Shown: positions 29,753-40,372 of the stretch, one piece after another
Layout of the letters: the number at the start of each line of letters is the position of its first letter
Numbering within the stretch: position 1 is the first letter of the stretch
Source of the DNA: Thermodesulfobacteriota bacterium
GTDB lineage: Bacteria > Desulfobacterota > Binatia > Bin18
NCBI GenBank assembly: GCA_964291405.2
Contig: OZ219926.1
Location: 3,264,001-3,328,000 of the forward strand
Direction of reading: 5' to 3'
DNA: 64,000 bases
Position numbers and translations under genes: made by a program
The notes under the pieces: model-generated
Database searches by the model: none
What the model was told of the DNA's origin: nothing
The model's input: only the letters and a program-made list of their open reading frames with translations

Positions 29753-30556
29753 ATGCCCTCTACACGGGTCAATGGTGTCAACTTAGCCTATGAACTGCAC
29801 GGGACAGGCGAACCGCTTGTGCTCATCCACGGGGCACAGAGCGACCGCAGCATTTTTGCCAATCTGCTGCCGGATTTCGTGGATCAATTCCAGGTCCTCG
29901 TCTTCGACCAACGCGGCTCCGGCCAGAGCGAAAAGCCGGACGTCGAATATACGATCGGCATGATTGCCGATGATACCGCCGCGCTCATGGAGCATGCTGG
30001 CTTCTCGTCTGCGCATGTGTATGGCGTCTCAATGGGGGGGATGATTGCCCAGGAGCTGGCTATTCGGCACGGGGCTGTTGTCCGCTCTCTGGTGTTGGGC
30101 TGCACCACCCCCGGTGGCTCGCAAGCCGTTAGTCTGGAGGGCGAGGCTATCCAGAATTCCCATTCAACCGCCCCGCTCTCCGCGGAAGAGCGCGGTCGGG
30201 CGCTGGCCGAAACCGCCTTTACCACAGGCTATATCGAACAGCATCCTGAGCTGATCCCGGCACTGATTGAAGCCCGCAAAAAACAGCCCCTCGACCCCAT
30301 TGGTTTTGCTCACAGAATGAAAGCTGCTTATCGGCATAATACGTTCGACCGGCTCTCCCAGATTACCTGCCCGACCTTGGTCATTACGGGAAAGAACGAT
30401 GCCCTGATCGCCTGGGAGAATTCACAACTCCTGGCGGACCATATTGACGACTCCGAACTCGTGATCCTGGAACCGGCCGGTCATGTGTTTTGGGTCGAAC
30501 AACCGGCACGGTCGAGAGAAGCGATCCGTACATTTTTGCAGAAACAGAAAGGCTAA
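29753..30556 (+). CDS. Alpha/beta hydrolase (PcaD-like)
   Basis: FDQRGSGQS, GVSMGG nucleophile elbow, G..D, AGH. Confidence 0.9.
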   Translation: MPSTRVNGVNLAYELHGTGEPLVLIHGAQSDRSIFANLLPDFVDQFQVLVFDQRGSGQSEKPDVEYTIGMIADDTAALMEHAGFSSAHVYGVSMGGMIAQELAIRHGAVVRSLVLGCTTPGGSQAVSLEGEAIQNSHSTAPLSAEERGRALAETAFTTGYIEQHPELIPALIEARKKQPLDPIGFAHRMKAAYRHNTFDRLSQITCPTLVITGKNDALIAWENSQLLADHIDDSELVILEPAGHVFWVEQPARSREAIRTFLQKQKG

Positions 30557-30565
30557 GGAGCAGTT

Positions 30566-31597
30566 ATGCCCAACAAAGAAATAACAAAAAATAGCCAGGC
30601 CCGGATGATACGAAGCTGGATGCTCGGCCTGCACGCGACGCATATTACCGATATCGGTGGGCGACTGGGCTATTTCGCTGAGATGCGGCGACGCGGCGGC
30701 ACAGTCTCGGCCGAAGCCTTAGCCGCGGCCCTGAAACTCGATCCCTGGCGGACAAAGGTCTGGTGTCAGGCCGCGTGTGCCGTGGGTATACTCCAAGCTG
30801 ACGGCGATACGCAGTTTACCTTTGCTCCGTTTATGGACGAACTGCTTGGCGACGGTGCTCCCGAGTTGCTGACCAGCCATGTCCTGGCCAGCCTGTCGCG
30901 GGACTTTCCGGCCTATCCCGATGCCTTTCGGACCGGGGCGCTAAAAACCTTTCACGACCACGATGAAGATTTCTTTCACCAGCAGGGCAAAGTCTCGGCC
31001 TTGCGGGCACCGGTCGTGGTAGCGGCGGCTCGCAAACTGCCCGGTATGGAAGCGCGACTCGCGGCTGGTGGGAGGGTCATGGATATCGGCTCCGGGAGTG
31101 GAACCGTGATCGCGCGCTTTGCCCAGGAATTCGCAAACTGCCGCGTGACCGGCATCGAGCCTCTGCCCTATTTTGTACAAGCCTCCCGGAAGATGCTTCA
31201 GGAGCAAGGGCTCAGCGGCCGGGTAGACGTGCGTTCAGTCGGTGGGGAAGCCCTGTCCTTTGAGAACGAGTGTGATCTCATTACCATGGTCCAGGTCTTT
31301 CACGAGCTTCCCGACGCAAAAAAAGCTGACATCCTGCGTGGCTGCCAGCGTGCGCTCAAGCCCGGAGGTAGCCTGCTACTGGTCGATCGGTGTGCCCCGG
31401 AAACGGGAGCCGATCTCCACGACCGCCGCTTTACCATGAGTATTCTGGAGCAGTGGTTCGAGGTCACCTGGGGAAATATCGTCAACACCCGGAGTGATAT
31501 TCTCGCCATGCTGCACGAGACCGGCTTCCGCGTCTCCCAAGAGAATCCGGATATCGTGCCGACGTATTGGACGTTTGTCGCTCAGAAGCACGCCTAA
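30566..31597 (+). CDS. Class I SAM-dependent methyltransferase with N-terminal wHTH
   Basis: VMDIGSGSG, VFHEL, ALKPGG.LLLVD. Confidence 0.88.
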   Translation: MPNKEITKNSQARMIRSWMLGLHATHITDIGGRLGYFAEMRRRGGTVSAEALAAALKLDPWRTKVWCQAACAVGILQADGDTQFTFAPFMDELLGDGAPELLTSHVLASLSRDFPAYPDAFRTGALKTFHDHDEDFFHQQGKVSALRAPVVVAAARKLPGMEARLAAGGRVMDIGSGSGTVIARFAQEFANCRVTGIEPLPYFVQASRKMLQEQGLSGRVDVRSVGGEALSFENECDLITMVQVFHELPDAKKADILRGCQRALKPGGSLLLVDRCAPETGADLHDRRFTMSILEQWFEVTWGNIVNTRSDILAMLHETGFRVSQENPDIVPTYWTFVAQKHA

Positions 31598-31616
31598 GAC
31601 TGGAACGGAGCGGATT

Positions 31617-32606
31617 ATGAATCGATCAGGCCTCGTCCTCTACCACGGCATCGAAAGCGGCCCTGAACTGAAGCAATACGGGCAGATTGCAGAAAACGCC
31701 GGCTATGAGTCCCTGTGGGTCACGGAGCGCTACTTCCACGAAGAGATATTCTCTCTGCTTGGCTATCTCGGGGCGGCGACCGAGCGGATCAAGCTCGGCG
31801 TGGGTGTCACAAACCCGTACACGCGCAATCCTGCCTTACTCGCCATGGCAACGGCCACGCTGGACCGGCTGACAGGCGGCCGCTTCGTGTTGGGAATGGG
31901 TCGCAGCGAACGCGAGGTGATCCAAGGCAAGATGGGTATGGACTACGGCAATGCCCAAGCGGCCATGCGGGGTAGCGTCTCCCTGCTGAGACGGTTGCTG
32001 TCCGGGGAACGGGTGTCCGACACGGCCGGACCGTTTACGCTCAGGAACGCCCGTCTGGCCACCACGCCGATTCAGCCCCAGCTACCCATCTATCTTGCGG
32101 CGATTGGAAAAAAAGGACTGCGTCTGGCTGGGACGATTGCTGACGGCGTTTTATTGAACGCCTATGTCCCTCCGTCCTATGTCTCCTACGCAGTCGGAGA
32201 GATCCGCAGCGCGGCCCAGGAGGCTGGCCGCGATCCCCAATTGATCGATATCGCCTGCATGCTGGTCATCCGACTGACCGACGATCCGCAGCGCCTGCTG
32301 CCAACCCTCAAAAAGCGTATCGTCCGCCTGCTCGATGAGGCTTATGTCGGTGAGATCCTGCTCGAAAAGGGGGGATTCGATCCGTCTATCCTCGGGCCGT
32401 TACGAGAGTCGTATGCCAAAGATGGCGGTACGGAGGCGATCAAGCTCATTACTGACGAGATGGTGGCGTCTTTTTATCTCATCGGCTCGGAAGAGCACTG
32501 CCGCCGGCGGATCGCCGAGTATCGAGCCGCCGGGGTGGACCTGCCGCTCATCCTGCCGCGGCTCGAAGACTATGCGCGTGTAGCGGAAGCCATGCGCGGT
32601 GCTTGA
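31617..32606 (+). CDS. LLM-class (Mer-like, possibly F420-dependent) oxidoreductase
   Basis: AENAGYESLWVTE, TERIKLGVGVTNPYTRNPALLAM, PIYLAA.G, ADGV. Confidence 0.88.
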   Translation: MNRSGLVLYHGIESGPELKQYGQIAENAGYESLWVTERYFHEEIFSLLGYLGAATERIKLGVGVTNPYTRNPALLAMATATLDRLTGGRFVLGMGRSEREVIQGKMGMDYGNAQAAMRGSVSLLRRLLSGERVSDTAGPFTLRNARLATTPIQPQLPIYLAAIGKKGLRLAGTIADGVLLNAYVPPSYVSYAVGEIRSAAQEAGRDPQLIDIACMLVIRLTDDPQRLLPTLKKRIVRLLDEAYVGEILLEKGGFDPSILGPLRESYAKDGGTEAIKLITDEMVASFYLIGSEEHCRRRIAEYRAAGVDLPLILPRLEDYARVAEAMRGA

Positions 32607-32660
32607 AAGAGAAAACGTGTCCTCCGAGAGACATGCAGATGCTGGACACGTTGCCTCTTG
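32606..32660 (+). repeat. 54-bp hairpin repeat family A, copy 3 (55 bp)
   Basis: AAAGAGAAAACGTGTCC-TCCGAGAGACATGCAGATGCT-GGACACGTTGCCTCTTG, overlapping the upstream TGA. Confidence 0.88.
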
Positions 32661-32722
32661 AGGCTGAGTAGCCCTGGGTCCGGCCGTCCGATATAAACAG
32701 TTCCCTGAAGAAAGGAGTTCCT

Positions 32723-33757
32723 ATGAAACTTGCAATAGGCATTGGGTATTCCGGTGGCCGGGTCGAGATCCCCCTGGATATGATCCTCAAAGCGGAAAAG
32801 CTGGGCTATGACTCCGTCTGGAGTGCGGAGGCCTACGGCTCCGACGCGGTAACGCCGCTGGCCTATCTGGCGGCCAAGACCTCACGGATCAAACTCGGCA
32901 CCGGTATTCTCCAGATTCCGGCCCGCACGCCGGCGATGTGCGCCATGACCATGTCAACCCTGGATGCCCTGTCGAACGGCCGGGTGATTGTCGGCTTGGG
33001 GATGTCCGGCCCGCAGGTTATCGAAGGCTGGCACGGCATGTCTTACAGCCGTCCGGCCGCCCGCATTCGCGAGTATGTTGAAATCCTGCACAAGATTTGG
33101 GACCGTCAGGAGCCGGTTTCATTAGACGGCAAGGTGTATCAACTACCCTATCAGGGCGAAGACGCCAGCGGGCTGGGCAAGCCCCTCAAGTCGATCCTGC
33201 ACTCGCGTCGCCTGCCGGTCTACCTGGCAACCATGAAGCCGCTCAGCATCCGTATTACAGCCGAACTGGCCGATGGCTGGCTGCCGATCTGGTTTTCACC
33301 CTATCGCATGGATATGTTTACGTCTGATCTGGAAAAAGGCTTTGCCCGGGCCGGGAACGGCAAGTCGCTGGAGAACTTCGATATCCTGGCCGGTTGTACT
33401 GTGGTGATCGGAGACGACGTCAAAGCCTGCCTGGCCCAACTCAAGCCGACCCTGGCTCTCTACGTCGGTGGTATGGGAGCCAAGGGCCGGAATTTCCATA
33501 ATGAGATGGTCTCGAAGTACGGCTATGCCGACGTGGCGGCCGAGATCCAGGATCTCTATCTGTCCGGCCGGAAAAAAGAGGCGACCGAGTTGGTCCCGGA
33601 TGAGCTGTGCGACGAAATCTCATTGTGCGGCCCGCCGGAGCGGATTCGCGAGCGTTTCAAGGTCTGGGAATCCGCCGGGATTTCAACCATGATGGTGCAG
33701 GCGGGTCAGCCCGAAGCCTTGGCCTTGATGGCGGATATTGCGGGAACAAATCAGTAG
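32723..33757 (+). CDS. LLM-class F420-dependent oxidoreductase
   Basis: SVWSAEAYGSDA, QIPARTPAM.AM, GLGMSGPQVIEGWHG, GLGKPLK, YVGGMGA...NFH. Confidence 0.9.
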   Translation: MKLAIGIGYSGGRVEIPLDMILKAEKLGYDSVWSAEAYGSDAVTPLAYLAAKTSRIKLGTGILQIPARTPAMCAMTMSTLDALSNGRVIVGLGMSGPQVIEGWHGMSYSRPAARIREYVEILHKIWDRQEPVSLDGKVYQLPYQGEDASGLGKPLKSILHSRRLPVYLATMKPLSIRITAELADGWLPIWFSPYRMDMFTSDLEKGFARAGNGKSLENFDILAGCTVVIGDDVKACLAQLKPTLALYVGGMGAKGRNFHNEMVSKYGYADVAAEIQDLYLSGRKKEATELVPDELCDEISLCGPPERIRERFKVWESAGISTMMVQAGQPEALALMADIAGTNQ

Positions 33758-33786
33758 GTCGAGAAAGCATTTTTCAGGAGCGTAGC

Positions 33787-34674
33787 ATGAGTCAATCTAT
33801 TTCAGCCAATGATCCTTATGAACGGAAACGGGTGGCCGTACTCGACAGTGAGTTGGCCTATGTCGATACCGGTAGCGGCGACCCGGTTGTGTTTCTACAC
33901 GGTAACCCCACCTCTTCGTACTTATGGCGTAACATCATTGCTGAGGTCGAAGGCGGCGCGCGTTGCCTGGCACCCGACCTGATCGGCATGGGCGATTCGG
34001 GCAAGAATCCCGCGGGCTCCTACCGCTTTGTTGACCACGCTCGTTATCTGGACGCCTGGTTTGACGCCGTTGGACTCGATCAACACACGCAGAACGTGAC
34101 CCTGGTTGTCCACGACTGGGGCTCAGCCTTGGGTTTTCACTGGGCCTACCGTCATCAGGACAGCATCAAAGCCCTGGTCTATATGGAGGCCATTGTGTGT
34201 CCCCTGACGTGGGAGACCTTTCCCGAGGCCGCCCGCAAAGTCTTTCAGGGCTTTCGTTCGCCTGCCGGAGAGGAGATGGTGCTCCAGAATAACGTCTTTG
34301 TCGAGCGGGTTCTGCCCGGCAGTGTGGTGCGGAAACTGACCGAAGAAGAAATGGCCGTCTACCGGAAGCCATACACCGAGCCGGGCGAGTCGCGCCGGCC
34401 CACGCTAACTTGGCCGCGCCAGATTCCGATTGAGGGTGAACCGCCCGACGTGGTCGAGATCGTCGAACAATACGGGCAGTGGTTGTCAAGCAGCGACATG
34501 CCCAAACTCTTCGTGAATGCCGACCCTGGGGCGATCCTGACCGGCCCGCAACGCGAGTACTGCCGGACCTGGCCGAATCAAAAAGAAATTACCGTCACGG
34601 GCTCGCACTTTATTCAGGAAGACGCGCCGCAGGAGATCGGGCAGGCCATAGTCGATCTTCTACGAGGACTCTAG
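33787..34674 (+). CDS. Haloalkane dehalogenase (HLD-II, LinB/DhaA-like)
   Basis: FLHGNPTSSYLWRN, VHDWG, YMEA, RRPTLTWPRQIP, GSHFIQED: full Asn-Asp-Trp-Glu-His pentad. Confidence 0.93.
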   Translation: MSQSISANDPYERKRVAVLDSELAYVDTGSGDPVVFLHGNPTSSYLWRNIIAEVEGGARCLAPDLIGMGDSGKNPAGSYRFVDHARYLDAWFDAVGLDQHTQNVTLVVHDWGSALGFHWAYRHQDSIKALVYMEAIVCPLTWETFPEAARKVFQGFRSPAGEEMVLQNNVFVERVLPGSVVRKLTEEEMAVYRKPYTEPGESRRPTLTWPRQIPIEGEPPDVVEIVEQYGQWLSSSDMPKLFVNADPGAILTGPQREYCRTWPNQKEITVTGSHFIQEDAPQEIGQAIVDLLRGL

Positions 34675-34700
34675 CACCGCTTCGTCAGACGGAGGACCGC

Positions 34701-35489
34701 ATGACCTATACCGCCCTTCAATTTGAGAAAAAAGACCAGATCGCCATCATTACCCTGAACCGGCCGGATTCCGCGAACGCGCTCAATATCGATCTGGCGC
34801 GTGATTTGATGCAGGTGTCGCTCGAATGCGACGAAGATGCGGGTATCCGGGCCGCCGTCATGACCGGCAACGGTCGCATGTTCTGTGCTGGTGGAGACCT
34901 GAAAAGCTTTGCCGCCCAGGGCGATCAACTGCCCGCCCATATGAAGGAAGTAACGACCTATCTGCACGGCGCAGTGTCCCGTTTCGCTCGGATGGACGCT
35001 CCGTTGATCGGAGCGGTGAATGGCACGGCTGCAGGAGCGGGCATGAGCCTGGCATGTTCGTGTGACATTGTCTTTGCCGGTGAGTCGGCGAAATTCACCA
35101 TGGCCTATACGCGTGCCGGCCTGACCCCGGACGGATCTTCGACCTATTTCCTGCCGCGTATCGTCGGCATGAAGCGGGCCTTCGAGCTGGCGGTCACCAA
35201 CCGACTGCTGTCAGCCCAGGAAGCCGAAGCCTGGGGCATTGTGAACCGTGTTGTCCCAGACGCGGATTTGCTGGCCGAGGCGGAAAAACTGGCCACTGAG
35301 CTCGCTTCGGGGGCAACCGGCGCGTTCGGTGGCGCCAAACGGCTCCTCCACAGTGGCTGGACGGAAACGCTTGAAACCCAGATGGAAAATGAAACCCAGT
35401 CCATTGCCGCGCGCTCCAAGACCGACGACGGCAAAGAAGGTATTGCGGCCTTCCTGGAGAAACGCGCGCCCCGCTTTAACGGGAAATAG
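34701..35489 (+). CDS. Enoyl-CoA hydratase/isomerase (PaaG-like)
   Basis: ITLNRP..ANA, FCAGGDL, AVNGTAAGAG, GLTPDGSSTYFLPR. Confidence 0.92.
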   Translation: MTYTALQFEKKDQIAIITLNRPDSANALNIDLARDLMQVSLECDEDAGIRAAVMTGNGRMFCAGGDLKSFAAQGDQLPAHMKEVTTYLHGAVSRFARMDAPLIGAVNGTAAGAGMSLACSCDIVFAGESAKFTMAYTRAGLTPDGSSTYFLPRIVGMKRAFELAVTNRLLSAQEAEAWGIVNRVVPDADLLAEAEKLATELASGATGAFGGAKRLLHSGWTETLETQMENETQSIAARSKTDDGKEGIAAFLEKRAPRFNGK

Positions 35490-35525
35490 CCGGGTCTCAA
35501 TCAGGTCCGTGTGAGGATGACGATT

Positions 35526-36518
35526 ATGTCCCAAGCCTACCGTCTCTTTGGTGTCGAGCTGTCGCCCTACTCCTTAAAAGTCCGGGCCTATTTTCGCTAC
35601 AAGAATATTCCGCACGAATGGGTCGCCCGCGATTCCACCAACCAGGAAGAATTCGCACGTTATGCCAAGCTGCCCCTGGTTCCGCTCGTTGTCACCCCGG
35701 ACGGGCAGGGCATGCAGGATTCCACGCCCATCATGGAGCATTTTGAGGAGCTCCAGCCCGAGCCGTCTATTCATCCGAGCGATCCGACCCTGGCCTTCCT
35801 GTCCGCTCTGATCGAAGAGTATGGCGACGAATGGGGTAATAAGCAGATGTTCCACTATCGCTGGACGTATGAGCCTGACCAGAAATCCACGGCTGAGCGC
35901 ATTGCGCGCCTGACCCGGCCTGGGCTGAGTGAGGAGGAATATGCGGCGGCGACCGAGCAAATTCGGACGCGTATGGTCCCGCGCTTGTCTTTCGTCGGCT
36001 CAAGCGAGCGGACCCGGGAGCATATCGAGTCTTCCTTTGATCGTCTGTTGGCACTGCTCGAACCGCACCTCGCGCAACGCATGTATCTGTTCGGTGGCCG
36101 GCCCACGTTTAGCGATTTTGGTCTAGCCGCTCAGCTTCACCAATGCGCCACCGATCCCTCGGCCGGCACGATCATGCGGGCGGTTGCCCCGAACGTACTC
36201 TCCTGGGCGATGCAGATGCTGGACCCCAAGGATGAGGGCGCGTTAGAGACCTGGGCCGACCTGGCCCCAACGCTGAAGCCCATCCTCAAAGAAATCGGTC
36301 AGACCTTTCTGCCCTGGACCGCGGCCAACGCTCAGGCCCTGGCTGCCGGTCAAGAGGCATATTCGGTCATGCTGCGTGGCAAGGAGTACTCCCAGGACAC
36401 GCAGAAATACCACGCTCGGTCGTTTCGCGTTCTCCGGGAACGGTACGCGAAAGTCGAAGAGAAAGCGGCTTTGGACCCCATTCTGGAAGAGGCCGGTTGT
36501 TTACCGTGGTTACAATAA
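35526..36518 (+). CDS. Glutathione S-transferase family protein
   Basis: SPYSLKVR, VP, QDSTPI, YLFGGRP..SDF. Confidence 0.88.
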   Translation: MSQAYRLFGVELSPYSLKVRAYFRYKNIPHEWVARDSTNQEEFARYAKLPLVPLVVTPDGQGMQDSTPIMEHFEELQPEPSIHPSDPTLAFLSALIEEYGDEWGNKQMFHYRWTYEPDQKSTAERIARLTRPGLSEEEYAAATEQIRTRMVPRLSFVGSSERTREHIESSFDRLLALLEPHLAQRMYLFGGRPTFSDFGLAAQLHQCATDPSAGTIMRAVAPNVLSWAMQMLDPKDEGALETWADLAPTLKPILKEIGQTFLPWTAANAQALAAGQEAYSVMLRGKEYSQDTQKYHARSFRVLRERYAKVEEKAALDPILEEAGCLPWLQ

Positions 36519-36567
36519 TGCGTGCTATCGTACGTTGATTATTCAGAGAGAATAAGGAGAGTCCATC

Positions 36568-37713
36568 GTGTACGGCTTTGAACTGACCCCGGAACAACAA
36601 CAACTCAAAGACACGGTCCACAAGTTTGCCGTTGAGGAAATGATTCCCGTTGCGGCAAAATACGACAAAGAACAGGAGTTCCCGGACGATGTCTGCCGTA
36701 AAGCCTGGGAACTGGGCATCCTTAACCCGCTCGTGCCAACCGAGTACGGCGGCCTGGGGCTTGAGGTGTTTGATACCTGCCTGATCGATGAAGAGATTGT
36801 CTACGGCTGCGCGGGTATGGCGCTCAATATGGTGGCCAATAATCTGGCGACCACGCCACTCCTGGTAGCGGGGAGCGATGAGCAGAAAAAGACCTATCTT
36901 GGCCAACTCATCTCCGAGCCGGTCTACGCCGCCTTCGCCCTGACTGAGCCCGGTGCTGGCTCTGACGCCGCGGCGATCTCAACAACCTATCGTAAAGTCG
37001 GCGATGATTTTGTTCTTAACGGAACAAAACATTTTATCTCCAACGGCTCGGTCGCTCACTGGTATGTGACTTTTGCGACCGAGGATAAAAGCCAGGGCCA
37101 TAGTGCGGTTTCGTGCTTTGTGTTGCCGGCCGACTCCCCCGGCGTGATGGCCAACCGCATGCACGACAAGATGGGCCAGCGGGCGTCAGACACTGCGGAG
37201 ATCGTGTTTGAGGACGTCAAGGTGCCGCGCGCCGGCCTGGTCGGGTCGGAAAGCCAGGGCTTTAAGATCGCCATGCGGACGTTTGACCGTAGCCGACCCG
37301 AAGTGGGCGCCTTTGCAATCGGCATCTCCCAACGTGCGCTGGATGAATCGATCAAATACGCCCAGCAGCGTGAGGCCTTTGGTCAGGCCATCGCCAATTT
37401 CCAGGCCGTCCAGTTCATGCTGGCGGATATGGCGATCGAACTCGAAGCCATGCGCCTCTTGACCTATAAAGCCGCCTGGCTGCTCGACCAGGGAGCGCCC
37501 TCGTCTATTGTTTCCAGCTATGCCAAGGCGTTCGGCGCCGATCGGACCATGCAGATTACTACCAACGCGGTACAGATTTTCGGCGGCTATGGCTATTTCA
37601 GCGAGTATCCGGTGGAAAAGCTGATGCGCGACGCCAAGCTGCTTCAGATTTATGAGGGGACGTCTCAGATTCAGCGGGTGATCATTGCTAAACACTTACT
37701 CAAGGGTGTGTAA
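36568..37713 (+). CDS. Acyl-CoA dehydrogenase (MCAD-like)
   Basis: LTEPGAGSD, KMGQRASDT, QIFGGYGY, QIYEGTSQIQR with catalytic Glu. Confidence 0.95.
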   Translation: MYGFELTPEQQQLKDTVHKFAVEEMIPVAAKYDKEQEFPDDVCRKAWELGILNPLVPTEYGGLGLEVFDTCLIDEEIVYGCAGMALNMVANNLATTPLLVAGSDEQKKTYLGQLISEPVYAAFALTEPGAGSDAAAISTTYRKVGDDFVLNGTKHFISNGSVAHWYVTFATEDKSQGHSAVSCFVLPADSPGVMANRMHDKMGQRASDTAEIVFEDVKVPRAGLVGSESQGFKIAMRTFDRSRPEVGAFAIGISQRALDESIKYAQQREAFGQAIANFQAVQFMLADMAIELEAMRLLTYKAAWLLDQGAPSSIVSSYAKAFGADRTMQITTNAVQIFGGYGYFSEYPVEKLMRDAKLLQIYEGTSQIQRVIIAKHLLKGV

Positions 37714-37741
37714 CGGTCCTGAACCGAGAAGGAGGAATACG

Positions 37742-38398
37742 ATGGCCGAAGAAATGGGAGTCTTTGAAACCATACACTCAATGCGGGCAATGCGGCGGCT
37801 CAAACCCGACCCCGTCCCGACAGAGATGATGCGGAAAATTCTGGATGCCGGGATACGGGCACCCAGCGGGCAGAATCTTCAGGCCTGGGCGTTTGTGGTG
37901 CTCCAGGATCCGGACAACAAGAAGTTTTTCCAGGAACGCTATCATCAGTCTATGCTGGACCGTTTCGGCGACGCCATGAAGGTTGACCCGAGCGACAAAT
38001 CGTCCTGGGCCAAGACCGTCCGGGCCGCGATGCACCTGGCCGAACATATGCACGAAGCGCCCGTCCTGCTGCTGATCTGCGGTAAGCGGGACTGGCCGTT
38101 TTCCGTACCCAAGGAAAAACGCGAGGGCAAAGCCCCGCCGTCCTACGGCTCCATCTATCCCTGTGTGCAGAACATTCTGCTGGCCTGTCGCGCCCTGGGC
38201 CTGGGGGCGAGTCTGACCACCATGCACCAGATGTTTGAGGACGAGTTGCAGGAGCGCCTGGGCATTCCGTTCGAGTATGGGGTGGTGGCCACCATTCCGA
38301 TTGGCTTTCCCTCGGGAAAATTCGGACCGGTCACCCGCCGCCCCGCACCCGAAGTGACCCACTTTGACAAGTGGGGACAGCACGAACCGTCGGCGTAG
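37742..38398 (+). CDS. Nitroreductase family protein
   Basis: RAMRRLKPDPVP, RAPSGQN.Q.W.F, QNILLACRALGLG. Confidence 0.9.
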   Translation: MAEEMGVFETIHSMRAMRRLKPDPVPTEMMRKILDAGIRAPSGQNLQAWAFVVLQDPDNKKFFQERYHQSMLDRFGDAMKVDPSDKSSWAKTVRAAMHLAEHMHEAPVLLLICGKRDWPFSVPKEKREGKAPPSYGSIYPCVQNILLACRALGLGASLTTMHQMFEDELQERLGIPFEYGVVATIPIGFPSGKFGPVTRRPAPEVTHFDKWGQHEPSA

Positions 38399-38429
38399 TC
38401 ATCCACGGCTCTGGTGTTTGTTTTTATGA

Positions 38430-38461
38430 AGGGGCGCGGCGGGCTGCGCCCCTATCTTTTT
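38430..38461 (+). terminator. Terminator-like hairpin after the nitroreductase
   Basis: AGGGGCGCGGC / GCTGCGCCCCT then ATCTTTTT. Confidence 0.5.
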
Positions 38462-38478
38462 GTAGAAGGAACTCGCGC

Positions 38479-39495
38479 ATGAAATACTCCATGTTTCTTA
38501 CTGCCGCCTCCCACGCCGAAATGGTCGGCTGGGTGAAAAAATATGAAGCTGCGGGATTTGATTCTCTGTGGCAGGCGGAACTGACCAACTCCGCGCTCAT
38601 TCCATTGGCCGGCATCGCGCCTAATGTTCAAACGATAAAAATCGGTGCTGGCGTCGTGCTGGCCTTTAATCACAGCCCGGTGATGCTCGCCTTTCAGGCC
38701 CTGGACCTCGACCTGTTGAGTCAGGGCCGGTTCACGCTCGGCCTGGGAGTCGCCCACCAGCATCGCAATAACAACTGGTACGCTGGACAGGACGCGGGCA
38801 AACCGGTCAGCCAGATGCGGGAGTATATTGAGGTCCTGCATCTCATCATGGACAAAGCCGAGCCCGGTGGTGAGGTGAACTACGAAGGCAAGTTTTACAA
38901 TATCCGTGCCCGTAATTTCTTTCCGCGCCCGACTCCCAAGCACCGGCCACGGGTGCCCATCTATGTTGCCGCGGTCAAACCGCGTATGGCCGCCCTGACG
39001 GGCGAGTTGGGCGACGGCCTCATTGGGAATCCCATGTTCTCGCCGCAGCATGTCCGCGAGAATATCCTGCCGCCGCTCAAAACCGGGCTTGACCGGGCCG
39101 GTCGCAGCCGTTCCGATGTTGAGGTTCTGGGCCAATGCTTTGTGGTCATCGACGATGATCTCGCAACCGCCCACCGGGTCGGCGCGGGAGCCATGCTGTT
39201 CAGCATCTGGGCTCGGATTTACGATGATATCTTTGTCGCGCACGGCTTTGCCGAAACGGTTGAGAAGGTCCGGGCGCTCCAGAAAACGCCAGACAAGGAC
39301 AAGGGCTTTGATCTTATTCCAAATGAAATGGTCGATACCTTTTGCGCGGTCGGCCCGATTGACCGCGTCCGCGCCAAGCTGAACGAGCGCGAAGGGCTGC
39401 TCGACACAACCATTCTCGCTGTCCCCAATACCGGTACAACCCAGGAACAGCGCGACCACTATCGGGATAAAATACTGGAGTCCTTTTCAAGATAA
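38479..39495 (+). CDS. LLM-class oxidoreductase
   Basis: EAAGFDSLWQAE, LSQGRFTLGLG, MREYI, VPIYVAAV. Confidence 0.87.
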   Translation: MKYSMFLTAASHAEMVGWVKKYEAAGFDSLWQAELTNSALIPLAGIAPNVQTIKIGAGVVLAFNHSPVMLAFQALDLDLLSQGRFTLGLGVAHQHRNNNWYAGQDAGKPVSQMREYIEVLHLIMDKAEPGGEVNYEGKFYNIRARNFFPRPTPKHRPRVPIYVAAVKPRMAALTGELGDGLIGNPMFSPQHVRENILPPLKTGLDRAGRSRSDVEVLGQCFVVIDDDLATAHRVGAGAMLFSIWARIYDDIFVAHGFAETVEKVRALQKTPDKDKGFDLIPNEMVDTFCAVGPIDRVRAKLNEREGLLDTTILAVPNTGTTQEQRDHYRDKILESFSR

Positions 39496-39510
39496 ATATC
39501 CTTCCTTAAA

Positions 39511-39555
39511 TCCCCTCCTCGGAGGGGTGGCCCGAAGGGCCGGGGTGGGTTTCCC
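39511..39555 (+). repeat. 45-bp double-hairpin repeat family B, copy 1
   Basis: TCCCCTCCTCGGAGGGGT-GGCCCGAAGGGCC-GGGGTGGGTTTCCC. Confidence 0.88.
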
Positions 39556-39584
39556 CCTCCGCACACCCAAAGGAGAGCAAACAC

Positions 39585-40340
39585 ATGAGCACATATACCA
39601 AGGTCGCCCTCATTACCGGGGCAGGTACCGGAATTGGGAAAGCGAGTGCCCTGGCGCTTATTCGGGAAGGATATGCCGTTGTCCTGGCTGGGCGACGGAC
39701 CGAGCTGTTGGAAGCAACGACAGAAGAGGCAGGCAGTGAGGCAAAGACGCTTGTGGTACCAACCGATGTCAGTGACCCTGACGCTACTCGTGCCCTGTTT
39801 GCCACAACAAAAGCGACCTTTGGCCGACTTGACGTGTTATTCAACAACGCGGGCATTGGTGCCCCGCCCGTCCCCTTGGAAGAACTATCCTATGAACAGT
39901 GGAAAGCCGTTGTAGACCTGAATCTGACCGGCGCGTTTATCTGCACCCAGGAAGCCTTCAAGATCATGAAAGACCAGGACCCACGGGGAGGTCGCATCAT
40001 CAACAACGGCTCCATCTCGGCCCATGTGCCCCGACCCAATTCCGCGCCCTACACCTCGACCAAGCACGCCATGACCGGCCTGACCAGATCGACCTCACTC
40101 GACGGACGCAAATACGACATTGCCTGCGGCCAAATCGATATCGGTAACGCCGAAACCGACATGACCGCGGTCATGAAACGTGGTGTACCGCAACCGAACG
40201 GCTCCGTCGCAGCCGAACCGACCTTCGATGTCGAACACGTCGCCCAGGCGGTCGTATACATGGCCAACCTACCGCTCGACGCCAACGTGCAGTTCATGAC
40301 CGTCATGGCCACCAAAATGCCGTTTATCGGGCGGGGGTAG
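39585..40340 (+). CDS. Short-chain dehydrogenase/reductase
   Basis: [24 protein letters not shown]. Confidence 0.94.
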   Translation: MSTYTKVALITGAGTGIGKASALALIREGYAVVLAGRRTELLEATTEEAGSEAKTLVVPTDVSDPDATRALFATTKATFGRLDVLFNNAGIGAPPVPLEELSYEQWKAVVDLNLTGAFICTQEAFKIMKDQDPRGGRIINNGSISAHVPRPNSAPYTSTKHAMTGLTRSTSLDGRKYDIACGQIDIGNAETDMTAVMKRGVPQPNGSVAAEPTFDVEHVAQAVVYMANLPLDANVQFMTVMATKMPFIGRG

Positions 40341-40372
40341 GCTGAATCGTCTGGTATCCGCACTGCAACAAT

